Source of the DNA: Eubacterium sp.
Lineage (GTDB): Bacteria > Bacillota > Clostridia > Lachnospirales > Lachnospiraceae
Reading direction: 5' to 3'
Length of the DNA: 61,498 bases
Assembly: GCA_022769325.1 (NCBI GenBank)
Contig: JALEKC010000154.1
Location: forward strand, 1-61,498
In this document: positions 50,462-60,547 of the stretch, in pieces
How positions within the stretch are numbered: position 1 is the first letter of the stretch
Layout of the letters: every line of letters starts with the position of its first letter
Translations under genes and position numbers: made by a program
The notes under the pieces: generated by a model
What the model was told of the DNA's origin: nothing
Databases searched by the model: none
The model's input: only the letters and a program-made list of their open reading frames with translations

Positions 50462-51214
50462 ATGCAAAAAAGTGTTATTTCGATTGGTGACCGAATTGAA
50501 TTGGTGCAAACAAAAAGTGCTTTGCGCAGAAAAAAATCAGATGCACATTATACAAGCCAGTTGCTGGAATATGATGGGATTCGCACAATAAAAATATTGA
50601 TGCCTATTTCGGAGGGAAGAGTTGTACCTCTTGAAGTGAATGATGAGTATGAATTGTGTTTCTTTACAGCAAAGGGGATGTATCGTTGCACTGCGACGAT
50701 CCTTCGACGGTATCGTGAAAAGAAAATCTTTGTTTTGCAAATGCAAATGACATCGAAGTTGACAAAATTTCAACGACGTCAGTTTTATCGATTGGATTGT
50801 TCTTTGGATATCCAATACCGGGTTGTCAGTGAAGAAGAAATGGCATTACAGGACTTGATTAAGAAAAATGCTTTCTCAGATTCCGCAACGAAAGATAGTT
50901 TTGAAAAAAAATTAAAGGAATTTCGGAAAAATTGGTCCGATGCCCGGATAACAGATTTGAGTGGTGGCGGTATGAGATTTCAGTGTCAACAGGAGCTGGA
51001 AAAAAACGCTCGTATCGAGGTTCGCTTACCATTATTTGATGTGAATGGAAATGAAATTCGAAGTATGGCAATGATTATCGCAGTGATTTCTCTCCCGGGA
51101 GGAGGACGTGAATGGGAAGCTAGATGTCAATTTGAAGCCATTGATAAGAAAATGCAGGAGCGTATTATAAAATACATTTTTGATGAACAAAAGCGTAGAA
51201 TCAGAAAGGACTAA
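50462..51214 (+). CDS. YcgR/MotI-like c-di-GMP-binding PilZ flagellar brake protein
   Basis: QRRQFYR and DLSGGG PilZ motifs. Confidence 0.9.
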   Translation: MQKSVISIGDRIELVQTKSALRRKKSDAHYTSQLLEYDGIRTIKILMPISEGRVVPLEVNDEYELCFFTAKGMYRCTATILRRYREKKIFVLQMQMTSKLTKFQRRQFYRLDCSLDIQYRVVSEEEMALQDLIKKNAFSDSATKDSFEKKLKEFRKNWSDARITDLSGGGMRFQCQQELEKNARIEVRLPLFDVNGNEIRSMAMIIAVISLPGGGREWEARCQFEAIDKKMQERIIKYIFDEQKRRIRKD

Positions 51215-51221
51215 CAGCTGA

Positions 51222-52286
51222 ATGAAAAAAATTTTAATAATTGATGACTCTGCACTTATGAGAAGGGTCATGTCTGATATAATTAATTCAGATTCCGAAA
51301 TGTGTGTGACGGATACAGCGGAAAATGGGATTGCAGCTATTCGGTTGCTAGAGAGGGGAAAGGATTATCAGCTGATTCTTTTGGACATTAATATGCCACA
51401 GATGGATGGAATTGGTTTTCTGAATTATTTGAATGAAAAAAGGATTCATATTCCGGTATTGCTTGTGAGTTCCATTGCAAGCCGTAGTACAGAGGAAACC
51501 ATCCGTGCACTTGAGCTTGGAGCATATGACTTTGTCAAAAAACCAGAATGTGGCTTTACCACAAAAGAGGATTTTGTTGAGCAGATTCTTTCGAAAGCAA
51601 AATGTGCATTTAAGATTTATCCAGAGGAAAGGAACGAAGTCTTAAATGGCAGAGAGGTTCCGAAAATCCTGCCAAAGACCCCTAAATTACATATTAAAAA
51701 TATGGAAACCCCATGCGAATTGGCTGTCATAGCTTCTTCTACCGGCGGTCCCAAAGCATTACAGTCGATTCTGCCGAAATTTCCGTCGAATCTGAAATGT
51801 CCGGTTGTGATTGTACAGCATATGCCGGCGGGATTTACTGCTTCTTTGGCAAAGAGATTGAATGAAATGTCTTCTTGCCCGGTAAAAGAGGCGGAGGATG
51901 GTATGAAAGTGGAAGCAGGGAGTGTTTATGTTGCCAAGGGTGGTTTTCAACTTCGCATTGAAAAAAATGCAAAGGGCGAAATGGTGTTTTCCGAAAAGAA
52001 GGAGCCGACTTGCAATGGACTGCGTCCATGTGCAGATGTGTTGCTGAAATCTTTGATTGAAATGCCATACCAACGCATTTTATGTACAATTTTAACGGGA
52101 ATGGGAAATGATGCCACACATGGATTGGAACAGTTGAAAGAAAAAAAAGAAATTTATACAATCGGGCAAAGTGAGAGAACTTGTGTTGTTTATGGCATGC
52201 CATGTGCCATGGAAAAGGCCGGATTGAGTGATGTCATGTTGGATTTAGAACAGATTGCAGAAGAAATGTTAAAAAGGATCAACTAA
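51222..52286 (+). CDS. cheB: Chemotaxis methylesterase CheB
   Basis: REC domain plus SSTGGP, VQHMP and LTGMGND motifs. Confidence 0.95.
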   Translation: MKKILIIDDSALMRRVMSDIINSDSEMCVTDTAENGIAAIRLLERGKDYQLILLDINMPQMDGIGFLNYLNEKRIHIPVLLVSSIASRSTEETIRALELGAYDFVKKPECGFTTKEDFVEQILSKAKCAFKIYPEERNEVLNGREVPKILPKTPKLHIKNMETPCELAVIASSTGGPKALQSILPKFPSNLKCPVVIVQHMPAGFTASLAKRLNEMSSCPVKEAEDGMKVEAGSVYVAKGGFQLRIEKNAKGEMVFSEKKEPTCNGLRPCADVLLKSLIEMPYQRILCTILTGMGNDATHGLEQLKEKKEIYTIGQSERTCVVYGMPCAMEKAGLSDVMLDLEQIAEEMLKRIN

Positions 52287-52326
52287 ATTCTTTTTTGACA
52301 AGAAGTAATCAGAATGGAGGAAATAC

Positions 52327-54411
52327 ATGGATACCAGTCAATATTTAGAATTATTTATCGATGAAACCAAAGAGCATTTACAATCTTTGAATGAACACAT
52401 TTTGGAATTGGAAAAAGAACCAGAAAATGCAGATACCATCAATGAAATTTTCCGCGCGGCCCATACATTAAAAGGAATGGCCGGTACAATGGGTTATACA
52501 AGAATGCAGCGTCTGACCCATGATCTCGAGAATGTTTTTCAGGAAATTCGAAATGGAAATATGAAAGCCACTGCCAAATTGATTGATATCCTGTTCCGTG
52601 GTTTGGATGCTTTGGAAGGATATCTTGAGATTATTTCCACCACAGGCGGTGAAGGAACAGAAGATAATGAGGATATCATTAAAGATTTGGATGAGTTGAC
52701 GAAAGAAGGAACCGGAAAAGGCTCTGGTTCAGAAGAAACTCAAGAACAAAAGAAAGAAGAGGAACCTGCCAAAGAACAACCAAAAGAAACCTCACAAGCA
52801 TCGGAAAAAGAAAAATTCCTTAGTATTCCTATTTCTGAATATGAAATTACGGCCATGGAAAATGCAAAGAAAGAAGGACAGAATGTTTTTGGAATTACGG
52901 TATATTTGCAGGAAACCTGTATTCTGAAAGCAGCTCGCGCATTTTTGGTTTTCAAGTCCGTTGAGAGTAAAGGGGAACTGATTAAATCCGTACCGTCTAC
53001 AGAAAAGATTGAGGATGAAGAATTCGATTTTGATTTCAGTTGGATTTTGGCAACCAAAGAAGATAAGGACACCATTCGTAAATTGATTATGAATGTGTCG
53101 GAGATTGCCGATGTTGCCATTGATGATTTCCCTTATTCAGTAGAAAGTACGACAGAAAAAACAGAGAAAAAGGAAACGGTGGTTAAAGCAAAAGAAGAAA
53201 AGAAAGAACCTGCGAAAAAACCGGCTACAAAAGGAAAAGTTGCAAGCCGCTCCGTTCGTGTCGATATTGATAAACTGGATGTTTTGATGAATCTTGTCAG
53301 TGAGTTAATTATTGCGAAAAATGCGCTGGTTTCTGTTTCTTCAGCAGAAGGAACGGCAGATTTGTCTTCCAATAACATTTTCAATGAGAATATTGAATAT
53401 TTGGAACGGGTAACCACAAACTTACATGAATCTGTCATGAAAGTGCGAATGGTGCCGATTGAAAGTGTTGTGAATCGTTTTCCACGTATGATTCGTGACT
53501 TGAATCGAAAGTTAGATAAAAAGATGGAATTGTATATGACCGGTGAAGATACAGAATTGGATCGTACCGTTATTGATGAATTGGGAGATCCATTGATGCA
53601 TTTGCTTCGAAATTCTGCAGACCATGGACTGGAAAGTAACGAAGAACGTGTTCGTCTCGGGAAACCGGAAGTTGGTTCCATTTATTTGGATGCTTATCAG
53701 GAGGGAAACAATGTTACGATTGAAGTTCGTGATGATGGTGCCGGAATCAATGTTGACAAAGTCAGACAAAAGGCCATTGATAAAGGAACGATCACGGAGC
53801 AGCAGGCAGAAACCATGACGGATAAAGATTTTATTGATTTGTTATTCCGTCCAAGTTTTTCAACGGCGGATAAAATTTCAGACGTTTCCGGACGTGGTGT
53901 TGGTTTGGATGTGGTAAAAACAAAGATTGAATCTCTGGGAGGAAGCATTGAAGCAAAGACGGTAAGGGGAGAGGGAAGTACCTTTACGATTCAGCTTCCG
54001 CTGACACTTGCCATTATCCAGGCGCTTATGGTAGAAGTTGGAAAAGAAAAATATGCGATTCCTCTTGGAAATATTGATACCATTGAAGAGATTTCTTTGG
54101 ATGAAATTAAACTTGTACAATCAAAAGAAGTTATTCATTTGCGAGGAAGTGTAATTCCGATTGTACGTATGAATGAAGTCCTTGAGATGGAGGATTATGA
54201 ACGGGATCCGGAAAGCAATTCTTTGATTGTAGTTGTTGTAAAAAAAGGCGAACAAAGACTTGGGCTTGGTGTTGATAATCTTTTGGGACAACAGGAAACC
54301 GTTATTAAGTCAATGGGGCATCATATTACAAATGCCAAATTGTTTAGCGGTGCAACGATCTTAGGTGATGGTGAAGTAGCCTTGATTTTGGATACGAACA
54401 CATTGGTATAA
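52327..54411 (+). CDS. cheA: Chemotaxis histidine kinase CheA
   Basis: FRAAHTLKG, HLLRNSADHG and SGRGVGLDVV motifs; C-terminal CheW domain. Confidence 0.97.
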   Translation: MDTSQYLELFIDETKEHLQSLNEHILELEKEPENADTINEIFRAAHTLKGMAGTMGYTRMQRLTHDLENVFQEIRNGNMKATAKLIDILFRGLDALEGYLEIISTTGGEGTEDNEDIIKDLDELTKEGTGKGSGSEETQEQKKEEEPAKEQPKETSQASEKEKFLSIPISEYEITAMENAKKEGQNVFGITVYLQETCILKAARAFLVFKSVESKGELIKSVPSTEKIEDEEFDFDFSWILATKEDKDTIRKLIMNVSEIADVAIDDFPYSVESTTEKTEKKETVVKAKEEKKEPAKKPATKGKVASRSVRVDIDKLDVLMNLVSELIIAKNALVSVSSAEGTADLSSNNIFNENIEYLERVTTNLHESVMKVRMVPIESVVNRFPRMIRDLNRKLDKKMELYMTGEDTELDRTVIDELGDPLMHLLRNSADHGLESNEERVRLGKPEVGSIYLDAYQEGNNVTIEVRDDGAGINVDKVRQKAIDKGTITEQQAETMTDKDFIDLLFRPSFSTADKISDVSGRGVGLDVVKTKIESLGGSIEAKTVRGEGSTFTIQLPLTLAIIQALMVEVGKEKYAIPLGNIDTIEEISLDEIKLVQSKEVIHLRGSVIPIVRMNEVLEMEDYERDPESNSLIVVVVKKGEQRLGLGVDNLLGQQETVIKSMGHHITNAKLFSGATILGDGEVALILDTNTLV

Positions 54412-54427
54412 GAATGGAGGATTCAAT

Positions 54428-54892
54428 ATGGACATGACAATGAATGAAAATATGACAGATGAGGTTCAATATATTGTAATTCGGCTGGGAGAGGAACAAT
54501 ATGGTATTAACATTGGTTATGTTGATAATATTGTCAGAATGCCACGCATAACACGGGTGCCAAAATCACAGCCGTATTATGTTGGTGTGATCAATCTTCG
54601 TGGTGAAGTTGTGCCAGTTATGAGTCTTCGCAAGCGTTTTGGCCTGTCGGTAGATGAATATACCGGTTCCACCCGTATTATTATTTTGAAATTACAAGAC
54701 CAATCCTTAGTTGGTGTTATCGTGGATGAAGTCAGAGAAGTAGTAGATCTTGAACCTTCTACCATAGAAACCCCAAATTTCAAATTGGATGAAAGCAATG
54801 CCTCTTATTTGGCGGGGATTGGTAAAAACGGCGACAGTTTAATTTCTCTTCTTAATATTGAAAATGTAATAGGAGAGACGAAAACAGCATGA
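54428..54892 (+). CDS. cheW: Chemotaxis coupling protein CheW
   Basis: GVINLRGEVVPV motif. Confidence 0.95.
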   Translation: MDMTMNENMTDEVQYIVIRLGEEQYGINIGYVDNIVRMPRITRVPKSQPYYVGVINLRGEVVPVMSLRKRFGLSVDEYTGSTRIIILKLQDQSLVGVIVDEVREVVDLEPSTIETPNFKLDESNASYLAGIGKNGDSLISLLNIENVIGETKTA

Positions 54893-55374
54893 GTAATATG
54901 ATTCGGGTGGGGATGGCAGATTACAAATTATGCCGTCCACCACAAAGGATATCAACATTGGGATTGGGATCCTGCCTTGGTGTTGTATTATATGACCAAC
55001 GCACAAAAATCTGTGGACTTGCACATGTTATGATGCCGGATAGTACATCTATTCGCAAAAACACAAATCGAATGAAATTTGTGGACACATGCTTGAACGA
55101 TATGTTGGAAGAATTGTTGAAAAACGGTGCCCGGAAAGATAATATCATAGCGAAGATTGCGGGAGGTGCACAGATGTTTATGAGTCATAATGCCCATAAC
55201 ATTCTCAATATCGGACAGCAGAATACAGAAGCAGTACATCGGCTATTGGAAGAATGGAAGATACCTGTGATTGCAGAAGATGTTGGTAATAATTATGGAA
55301 GGACGATTGAATTTGATCCCACAACCGGAGAGTTGCTGATTCGTTCCATTGGTATCGGTGATACGGTTATTTGA
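54889..55374 (+). CDS. cheD: Chemoreceptor glutamine deamidase CheD
   Basis: LGLGSCLGV, AHVMMP and AKIAGGAQMF motifs. Confidence 0.95.
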   Translation: MSNMIRVGMADYKLCRPPQRISTLGLGSCLGVVLYDQRTKICGLAHVMMPDSTSIRKNTNRMKFVDTCLNDMLEELLKNGARKDNIIAKIAGGAQMFMSHNAHNILNIGQQNTEAVHRLLEEWKIPVIAEDVGNNYGRTIEFDPTTGELLIRSIGIGDTVI

Positions 55375-55415
55375 CTTTCCATTGAGAAAAATAAACAGAC
55401 AAAGGGGCAAATAAT

Positions 55416-55718
55416 ATGAAATATCGTTTTATTCCAGCCTGTGTGATGTTGACTGCGGGATTGGTATGCTGTATTATGAGCATTGTACAAAGATGGGATG
55501 TGGAATATAGTCTGATTGCATTGTTGATTGTATTGATACTTTTTTACCTTCTTGGACAAATTGCCGCTCAGATAATTGGAAAGGTGATGGCAGAGCATGA
55601 GGCCATGGTTCGTGCGGAGGAAGAGCGTTTACAACGGGAACAGGAACAGGCACAAGAAGAAAGTGAGAACCAGGAGGAAGACGACACAGCCCGGGAGAAT
55701 GAAACGGAAAATTTATGA
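55416..55718 (+). CDS. Hypothetical membrane protein (2 TM plus acidic tail)
   Basis: AAGGGG RBS, two hydrophobic segments, co-oriented between cheD and fliA. Confidence 0.75.
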   Translation: MKYRFIPACVMLTAGLVCCIMSIVQRWDVEYSLIALLIVLILFYLLGQIAAQIIGKVMAEHEAMVRAEEERLQREQEQAQEESENQEEDDTARENETENL

Positions 55719-55750
55719 TGAGGGATTTACCGAATGAGTGAGGAATGTAT

Positions 55751-56524
55751 ATGGCAATAAAAGAAGAACAGAAGCAAAAATTATGGGATGAATATAAAAA
55801 AAATAAATCTCCTGATATTCGCGAGAAATTAATCCTGGAATATGCAAACCTAGTAAATCTTGTAGCTGGTCGTATGGGGATGTATCTTGGATATACTGTT
55901 GAATATGATGATTTGGTTGGATATGGGATTTTTGGTTTAATTGATGCCATTGATAAATTTGATTTAACAAAGAATGTTAAATTTGAGACTTATGCCAGCC
56001 TTCGTATCAGGGGGTCCATATTGGATCAGATTCGTAAAATGGATTGGGTTCCCAGGACACTTCGTCAGCGACAGAAACAGATTGATACAGCCACCGCAAA
56101 AATTGAGGCAGATGCTGGCCGTCCGGCGACAGATGCGGAGATTGCCAAAGAATTAAATATTCCGGAAGAAGAATATACTGGCTGGAAAAGTGAAATTCAA
56201 TTATCCAATATGCTTTCTTTGGATGATTATCTGGAGCAAAGCGGAGATTCTCAAATTGAACCTGGAGGTTCACAGCGATTTGAACAACCGGAAAAAGCAG
56301 TGGAAAAAGAAGAATTAAAACAGATGTTGGTTGAGGCTATGAAAACCTTGACAGAAAAGGAATGTAGTGTAATCACATTATATTATTATGAAGATTTGAC
56401 ACTAAAAGAGATTAGCCGTATTTTAGAAGTTTCGGAATCTCGTGTATCACAATTACATTCCAAAGCCTTGCAGAAAATGAAAAATAAATTGGGAGATAGT
56501 GTAGAATTATTATCTTTATTTTAG
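55751..56524 (+). CDS. fliA: Flagellar sigma factor sigma28 (FliA/SigD)
   Basis: KFETYASLRIRGSILDQIR, DWVPR and VSESRVSQLH motifs. Start is 55751 or 55745. Confidence 0.95.
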   Translation: MAIKEEQKQKLWDEYKKNKSPDIREKLILEYANLVNLVAGRMGMYLGYTVEYDDLVGYGIFGLIDAIDKFDLTKNVKFETYASLRIRGSILDQIRKMDWVPRTLRQRQKQIDTATAKIEADAGRPATDAEIAKELNIPEEEYTGWKSEIQLSNMLSLDDYLEQSGDSQIEPGGSQRFEQPEKAVEKEELKQMLVEAMKTLTEKECSVITLYYYEDLTLKEISRILEVSESRVSQLHSKALQKMKNKLGDSVELLSLF

Positions 56525-56564
56525 TTTGATATATACTTGAATTCCTGGGAAGGAGGAAAGACAT

Positions 56565-58163
56565 ATGGGAAAAAATGCCTACTTTCAACTTGTTCACAAA
56601 CCAAAACGTACCATGCTTAAGGTCTTTCCACCTTCTGAGGGGGGAGAGATGTTTTCTGTTGATGAGATTCAAAAATATCTGGATTCATTAAATATTACTT
56701 CCTATGATTTAAAAGCCTTGGATATGTATTTGAAAAAAGGGGAATTTGCAATGGAGTATCCTCTTCTTACTTCAGAGATTCTTCCTGAAAGTGAAAAATG
56801 TTCCATTGAGATACTAGAGGAAGGTCGTAGGGCGGTGGCCCGCTTTTATCCGCCTTCTTCCGACGGAAAACAAATGGGAAAGGAAGAGATCATGAGTGAC
56901 CTGCGTCTGGCAGGAGTAGTATACGGAATTCAGAAAAATGAGATTGATAGATTCTTGGAAGAAAGAGAGTATTGCACCGATTATGTTCTGGCACAGGCAA
57001 AATTGCCGCGACAGGGACAGGATGCCAGGATTGATTATCATTTCGATATCAATGTGACAGCAAAACCCAAACTTAATGAGGATGGAAGTGTGGATTTTCA
57101 TCATTTGGGAAATATCAAGCCGGTGGAAAAAGGAGAAAAACTTGCTACTTTATTTCCGGCGGATCATGGAGAAGCCGGTACTACGGTTACAGGTCAGCCT
57201 TTGGTGCCGAATAAAGTGAAAGATCTTGCCCTTCGGTATGGAAGAAATATTCATATAACAGAAGATAAACGTGAAATCTATTCGGAAGTGTCAGGACATG
57301 TGACCCTGGTAGATGATTTGGTTATGGTATCCGATGTTTATGAAGTGCCAGCCAATGTGGATGTTTCTACCGGAGATATCGAGTACAATGGTACCGTTCA
57401 GGTAAATGGGAATGTGCTTACCGGATATATGATTCAGGCCACTGGCGATATTATTGTCAATGGAGTGGTGGAAGGAGCCATTTTAATTTCCGGAGGAAAT
57501 ATTGTATTAAAGCGTGGCATGCAGGGAATGTCAAAGGGAAGTTTGACTGCAGCAGGTAATATTACGGCAAAATTTATTGAAAATAGTGAAGTGCGGTGCG
57601 ATGGAACATTGATGTGTGATGCTGTTTTGCATAGTGATGTTGAAAGTAAAAATGACATATCGGTTCTAGGAAAAAAAGGATTGATAAATGGCGGTCATAT
57701 ACGTTCCTATACCAATATAGCGGCGACGCAGACAGGTTCTTTGATGGGAACCGTAACAACTCTTGAAATCGTTTCGGATGTGGAAGTGATGAAACAGTAT
57801 AACGAATGGCAAAACCGTTCACAACTGGCACAAAAGAGCATTAAGACCATGAATCGCGTGCTGACTTCCATAAAAAGTAATTTGAAAAATGGTAGAAAAT
57901 TGACGGAAACGCAAACCGAATATTTAAAATTATCTGCAATCTTGAAACCAAGAATGACGTATGCCATTGAGCAAAGTGAACAGCTTCTTCCGGAACTGGA
58001 GGCCAAATTGGCTACCAGCGGAAAGGGAACGATACGAATTGAAGGAACCGTGAATCCGGGGACTAAGATTGTTATTAAGGAAATGTCCAAAATGATTTCC
58101 GATCCGATTTCCAGATGTAAGTTTGTTTTAAAGGGTGCAGACATAAAGTCCATTGGGATATAA
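56565..58163 (+). CDS. DUF342/FapA family flagellar assembly protein
   Basis: DGSVDF and VDVSTGDIEYNGTVQVNGNV beta-helix repeats; follows fliA. Confidence 0.87.
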   Translation: MGKNAYFQLVHKPKRTMLKVFPPSEGGEMFSVDEIQKYLDSLNITSYDLKALDMYLKKGEFAMEYPLLTSEILPESEKCSIEILEEGRRAVARFYPPSSDGKQMGKEEIMSDLRLAGVVYGIQKNEIDRFLEEREYCTDYVLAQAKLPRQGQDARIDYHFDINVTAKPKLNEDGSVDFHHLGNIKPVEKGEKLATLFPADHGEAGTTVTGQPLVPNKVKDLALRYGRNIHITEDKREIYSEVSGHVTLVDDLVMVSDVYEVPANVDVSTGDIEYNGTVQVNGNVLTGYMIQATGDIIVNGVVEGAILISGGNIVLKRGMQGMSKGSLTAAGNITAKFIENSEVRCDGTLMCDAVLHSDVESKNDISVLGKKGLINGGHIRSYTNIAATQTGSLMGTVTTLEIVSDVEVMKQYNEWQNRSQLAQKSIKTMNRVLTSIKSNLKNGRKLTETQTEYLKLSAILKPRMTYAIEQSEQLLPELEAKLATSGKGTIRIEGTVNPGTKIVIKEMSKMISDPISRCKFVLKGADIKSIGI

Positions 58164-58181
58164 ACGGAAAGGAGAATCGGA

Positions 58182-58487
58182 ATGTCTATTAGTTCTATTG
58201 ATTTTGCAACATTGCCTTCACGTTCTGCGGAAGCTTCTTCCATTGCCGGGAAAGAGCAGCATCAAATTCAACATATGACAGAAAGTGGTGCGGCTATTAT
58301 GGAAAAGGAAATTGCCAATAATCAGCATCGAACCGTGGAGACGAAGAAAAGCGAGAAGATGAATTTTGATTTAGGAGAATCCGGCAATTCCGGCAGAGGT
58401 AAAAATAAGAAAAAGAAATCGAAAAAAGAGGAGACAAAACAAAATAAAGATGTATCCTCCGGCAGTAGTTTTGACATAACAATATAA
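58182..58487 (+). CDS. Hypothetical small hydrophilic protein of the flagellar cluster
   Basis: AAGGAG RBS; lysine-rich C-terminal half ending FDITI. Confidence 0.75.
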   Translation: MSISSIDFATLPSRSAEASSIAGKEQHQIQHMTESGAAIMEKEIANNQHRTVETKKSEKMNFDLGESGNSGRGKNKKKKSKKEETKQNKDVSSGSSFDITI

Positions 58488-58497
58488 ACAGGAGAAA

Positions 58498-59094
58498 ATG
58501 ATGTTGACGACAATAGAAATAGTTATACTGATGATGGGATTTGTTGCAATTTGTCTGAGTTTCTTTGTGGGAAATAAAGAAAAAAATGACAAGATGCCCC
58601 AAATGCAGATATCAGAAGAGACAACAGAACAATTAAAAAAAGAGATGGACTTGTATCTGGATGAGAAAAAAGAGCAGACCATTTCCGAAACAGAAGGATA
58701 TTTAAATCGTAAAAGCAATGAAAAGATTATGGAATTTGATGAATTTTCTTCCCAGATTCTGGAAAAAATCAGTCATAATCATGAAGAAGTTGTTTTTATG
58801 TACCAAATGTTGTCAGAAAAAGAGGAACAGCTGAAAAAGCATTTTTCCAAGGGGGCAGAAAAAAAGCCGAATCAGGCAGCAAAGATTATGCCAAAAGAAG
58901 ACTCCTCCCGGAAAGAATCCGAGAAGAGTGATGAAAAAATACAAAAACAAGAGAAAAAGATACGGGAAGAAAAGGATCTGAACGCCCAAATGCTTGCCTT
59001 GTATGAACAAGGGAAAAGTGTTTTGGAAATTTCCAAACTTCTTCATGTGGGCCAGGGCGAAGTCAAACTTATTATATCATTGTATGGCAAATAA
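58498..59094 (+). CDS. Membrane-anchored coiled-coil protein with C-terminal HTH (DUF6115/SwrB-like)
   Basis: N-terminal TM; LYEQGKSVLEISKLLHVGQGEVKLII HTH-like tail. Confidence 0.75.
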   Translation: MMLTTIEIVILMMGFVAICLSFFVGNKEKNDKMPQMQISEETTEQLKKEMDLYLDEKKEQTISETEGYLNRKSNEKIMEFDEFSSQILEKISHNHEEVVFMYQMLSEKEEQLKKHFSKGAEKKPNQAAKIMPKEDSSRKESEKSDEKIQKQEKKIREEKDLNAQMLALYEQGKSVLEISKLLHVGQGEVKLIISLYGK

Positions 59095-59108
59095 AAAGGA
59101 GGTCTCTT

Positions 59109-59633
59109 GTGAAAATTAAATGGTTTTTAAGAGGATTGGGTGTTGGCATTCTTGTCACAGCCATTCTTTTATGTACAAGTTATCGAAAAGAAAAAGATTC
59201 TGGTGATTTGATTAACCAGGCAAAAAAAATAGGAATGGTATTTCCAAAAGAAGAAACTTCTCCAGTAGACCAGGTGTTGATGCAAAATAGTACTCCAGAA
59301 CCTGCAGTTTCCACTGAAAGTGCCGTGACAGTACAGGAGGAAGAGACGGAACAGGAAAAACAGGCGAAGCAAAAAATTGAAAATAGTAAAGATAAAATTG
59401 AGTCAGCATCGGCATATCATAACAAAAAACAGTCTTTTGTAGTGCGGGAGGGGTTACTTTCCAGCAGTGTGGCAAGAGAAATGGAAGAACAGGGAATCAT
59501 AAAAGATGCCGATGAGTTTGATGACTATATGGAAAAAAACGGATATGCGAAAAAAGTAAGAAGCGGGAAGTATGACATTCCGGAGGATGCAGATTATAAG
59601 ACAATTGCAAAAATAATAACGAGAGAAAAATAA
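59109..59633 (+). CDS. Membrane-anchored protein resembling the non-catalytic N-terminal part of MltG/YceG (YqzC-like)
   Basis: FLRGLGVGILV anchor; VREGLLSSSVAREMEEQGII...VRSGKYDIP; GTG start after AGGAGG. Confidence 0.7.
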   Translation: MKIKWFLRGLGVGILVTAILLCTSYRKEKDSGDLINQAKKIGMVFPKEETSPVDQVLMQNSTPEPAVSTESAVTVQEEETEQEKQAKQKIENSKDKIESASAYHNKKQSFVVREGLLSSSVAREMEEQGIIKDADEFDDYMEKNGYAKKVRSGKYDIPEDADYKTIAKIITREK

Positions 59634-59636
59634 TAC

Positions 59637-59665
59637 TTGCATTTTGTGGAATTGTATGCTACAAT
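59637..59665 (+). promoter_or_regulatory. sigmaA promoter for rpsB-tsf
   Basis: TTGCAT-17 nt-TACAAT with TATG extension. Confidence 0.75.
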
Positions 59666-59671
59666 AAATCG

Positions 59672-59777
59672 GATTGAAAAAACACGTTGACGGATTTTGG
59701 AAAAGGTGCTGCATCTATTGTAGTTTTTCTAAAAGAAGAAGTCATCGGAAGAAAATAACCATATGGAGGTAAGAAAA
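59672..59777 (+). promoter_or_regulatory. Probable rpsB (S2) autoregulatory leader
   Basis: ~105-nt 5' UTR with ACAC and GGTGC elements and pairing TTTTGGAAAA/TTTTCTAAAA; S2 autoregulation via the leader is established in other bacteria. Confidence 0.5.
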
Positions 59778-60524
59778 ATGAGTGTTATTTCAATGAAACA
59801 ATTATTAGAAGCAGGTGTTCATTTTGGACATCAGACAAGAAGATGGAACCCTAAAATGGCTGAGTACATCTACACAGAGAGAAATGGTATTTATATCATT
59901 GATTTACAGAAATCTGTAGGAAAAGTAGATGAAGCTTACAATGCAATTAAAGAGATTGCAGCAGATGGCGGAAATATTCTTTTTGTTGGTACCAAGAAAC
60001 AGGCTCAGGAGTCTATCAAAACAGAAGCTGAGCGTTGTGGTATGTATTATGTAAACGAGAGATGGCTTGGTGGTATGCTTACCAACTTTAAGACAATCCA
60101 GACTCGTATCAAACGTTTGAAAGCAATCGAAAAAATGTCAGAAGATGGTACATTCGATGTTCTTCCTAAAAAGGAAGTTATCAATCTGAAAAAAGAATGG
60201 GCTAAATTGGAGAAGAACCTTGGTGGTATTAAAGATATGAAAGAGATTCCGGATGCTATCTTTGTTGTAGATCCGAAAAAAGAAAGAATCTGTATTCAGG
60301 AAGCTCATATTCTTGGTATTCCTTTGATTGGTATCGTTGATACAAACTGTGACCCTGAAGAACTGGATTATGTAATTCCGGGTAATGATGATGCAATTCG
60401 TGCTGTAAAACTGATAGTTTCTAAGATGGCAGATGCAGTTATCGAAGCAAAGCAGGGCGAAACTTTTGTGGAAGCTGATGTTACCGAAGAGGCAGTTGAA
60501 ACAGAAGAAGCAGTAGAAGAATAA
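59778..60524 (+). CDS. rpsB: 30S ribosomal protein S2
   Basis: [19 protein letters not shown] and NDDAIRA motifs. Confidence 0.99.
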   Translation: MSVISMKQLLEAGVHFGHQTRRWNPKMAEYIYTERNGIYIIDLQKSVGKVDEAYNAIKEIAADGGNILFVGTKKQAQESIKTEAERCGMYYVNERWLGGMLTNFKTIQTRIKRLKAIEKMSEDGTFDVLPKKEVINLKKEWAKLEKNLGGIKDMKEIPDAIFVVDPKKERICIQEAHILGIPLIGIVDTNCDPEELDYVIPGNDDAIRAVKLIVSKMADAVIEAKQGETFVEADVTEEAVETEEAVEE

Positions 60525-60547
60525 GAAAAGAAAGGAAGACTAGAAAA

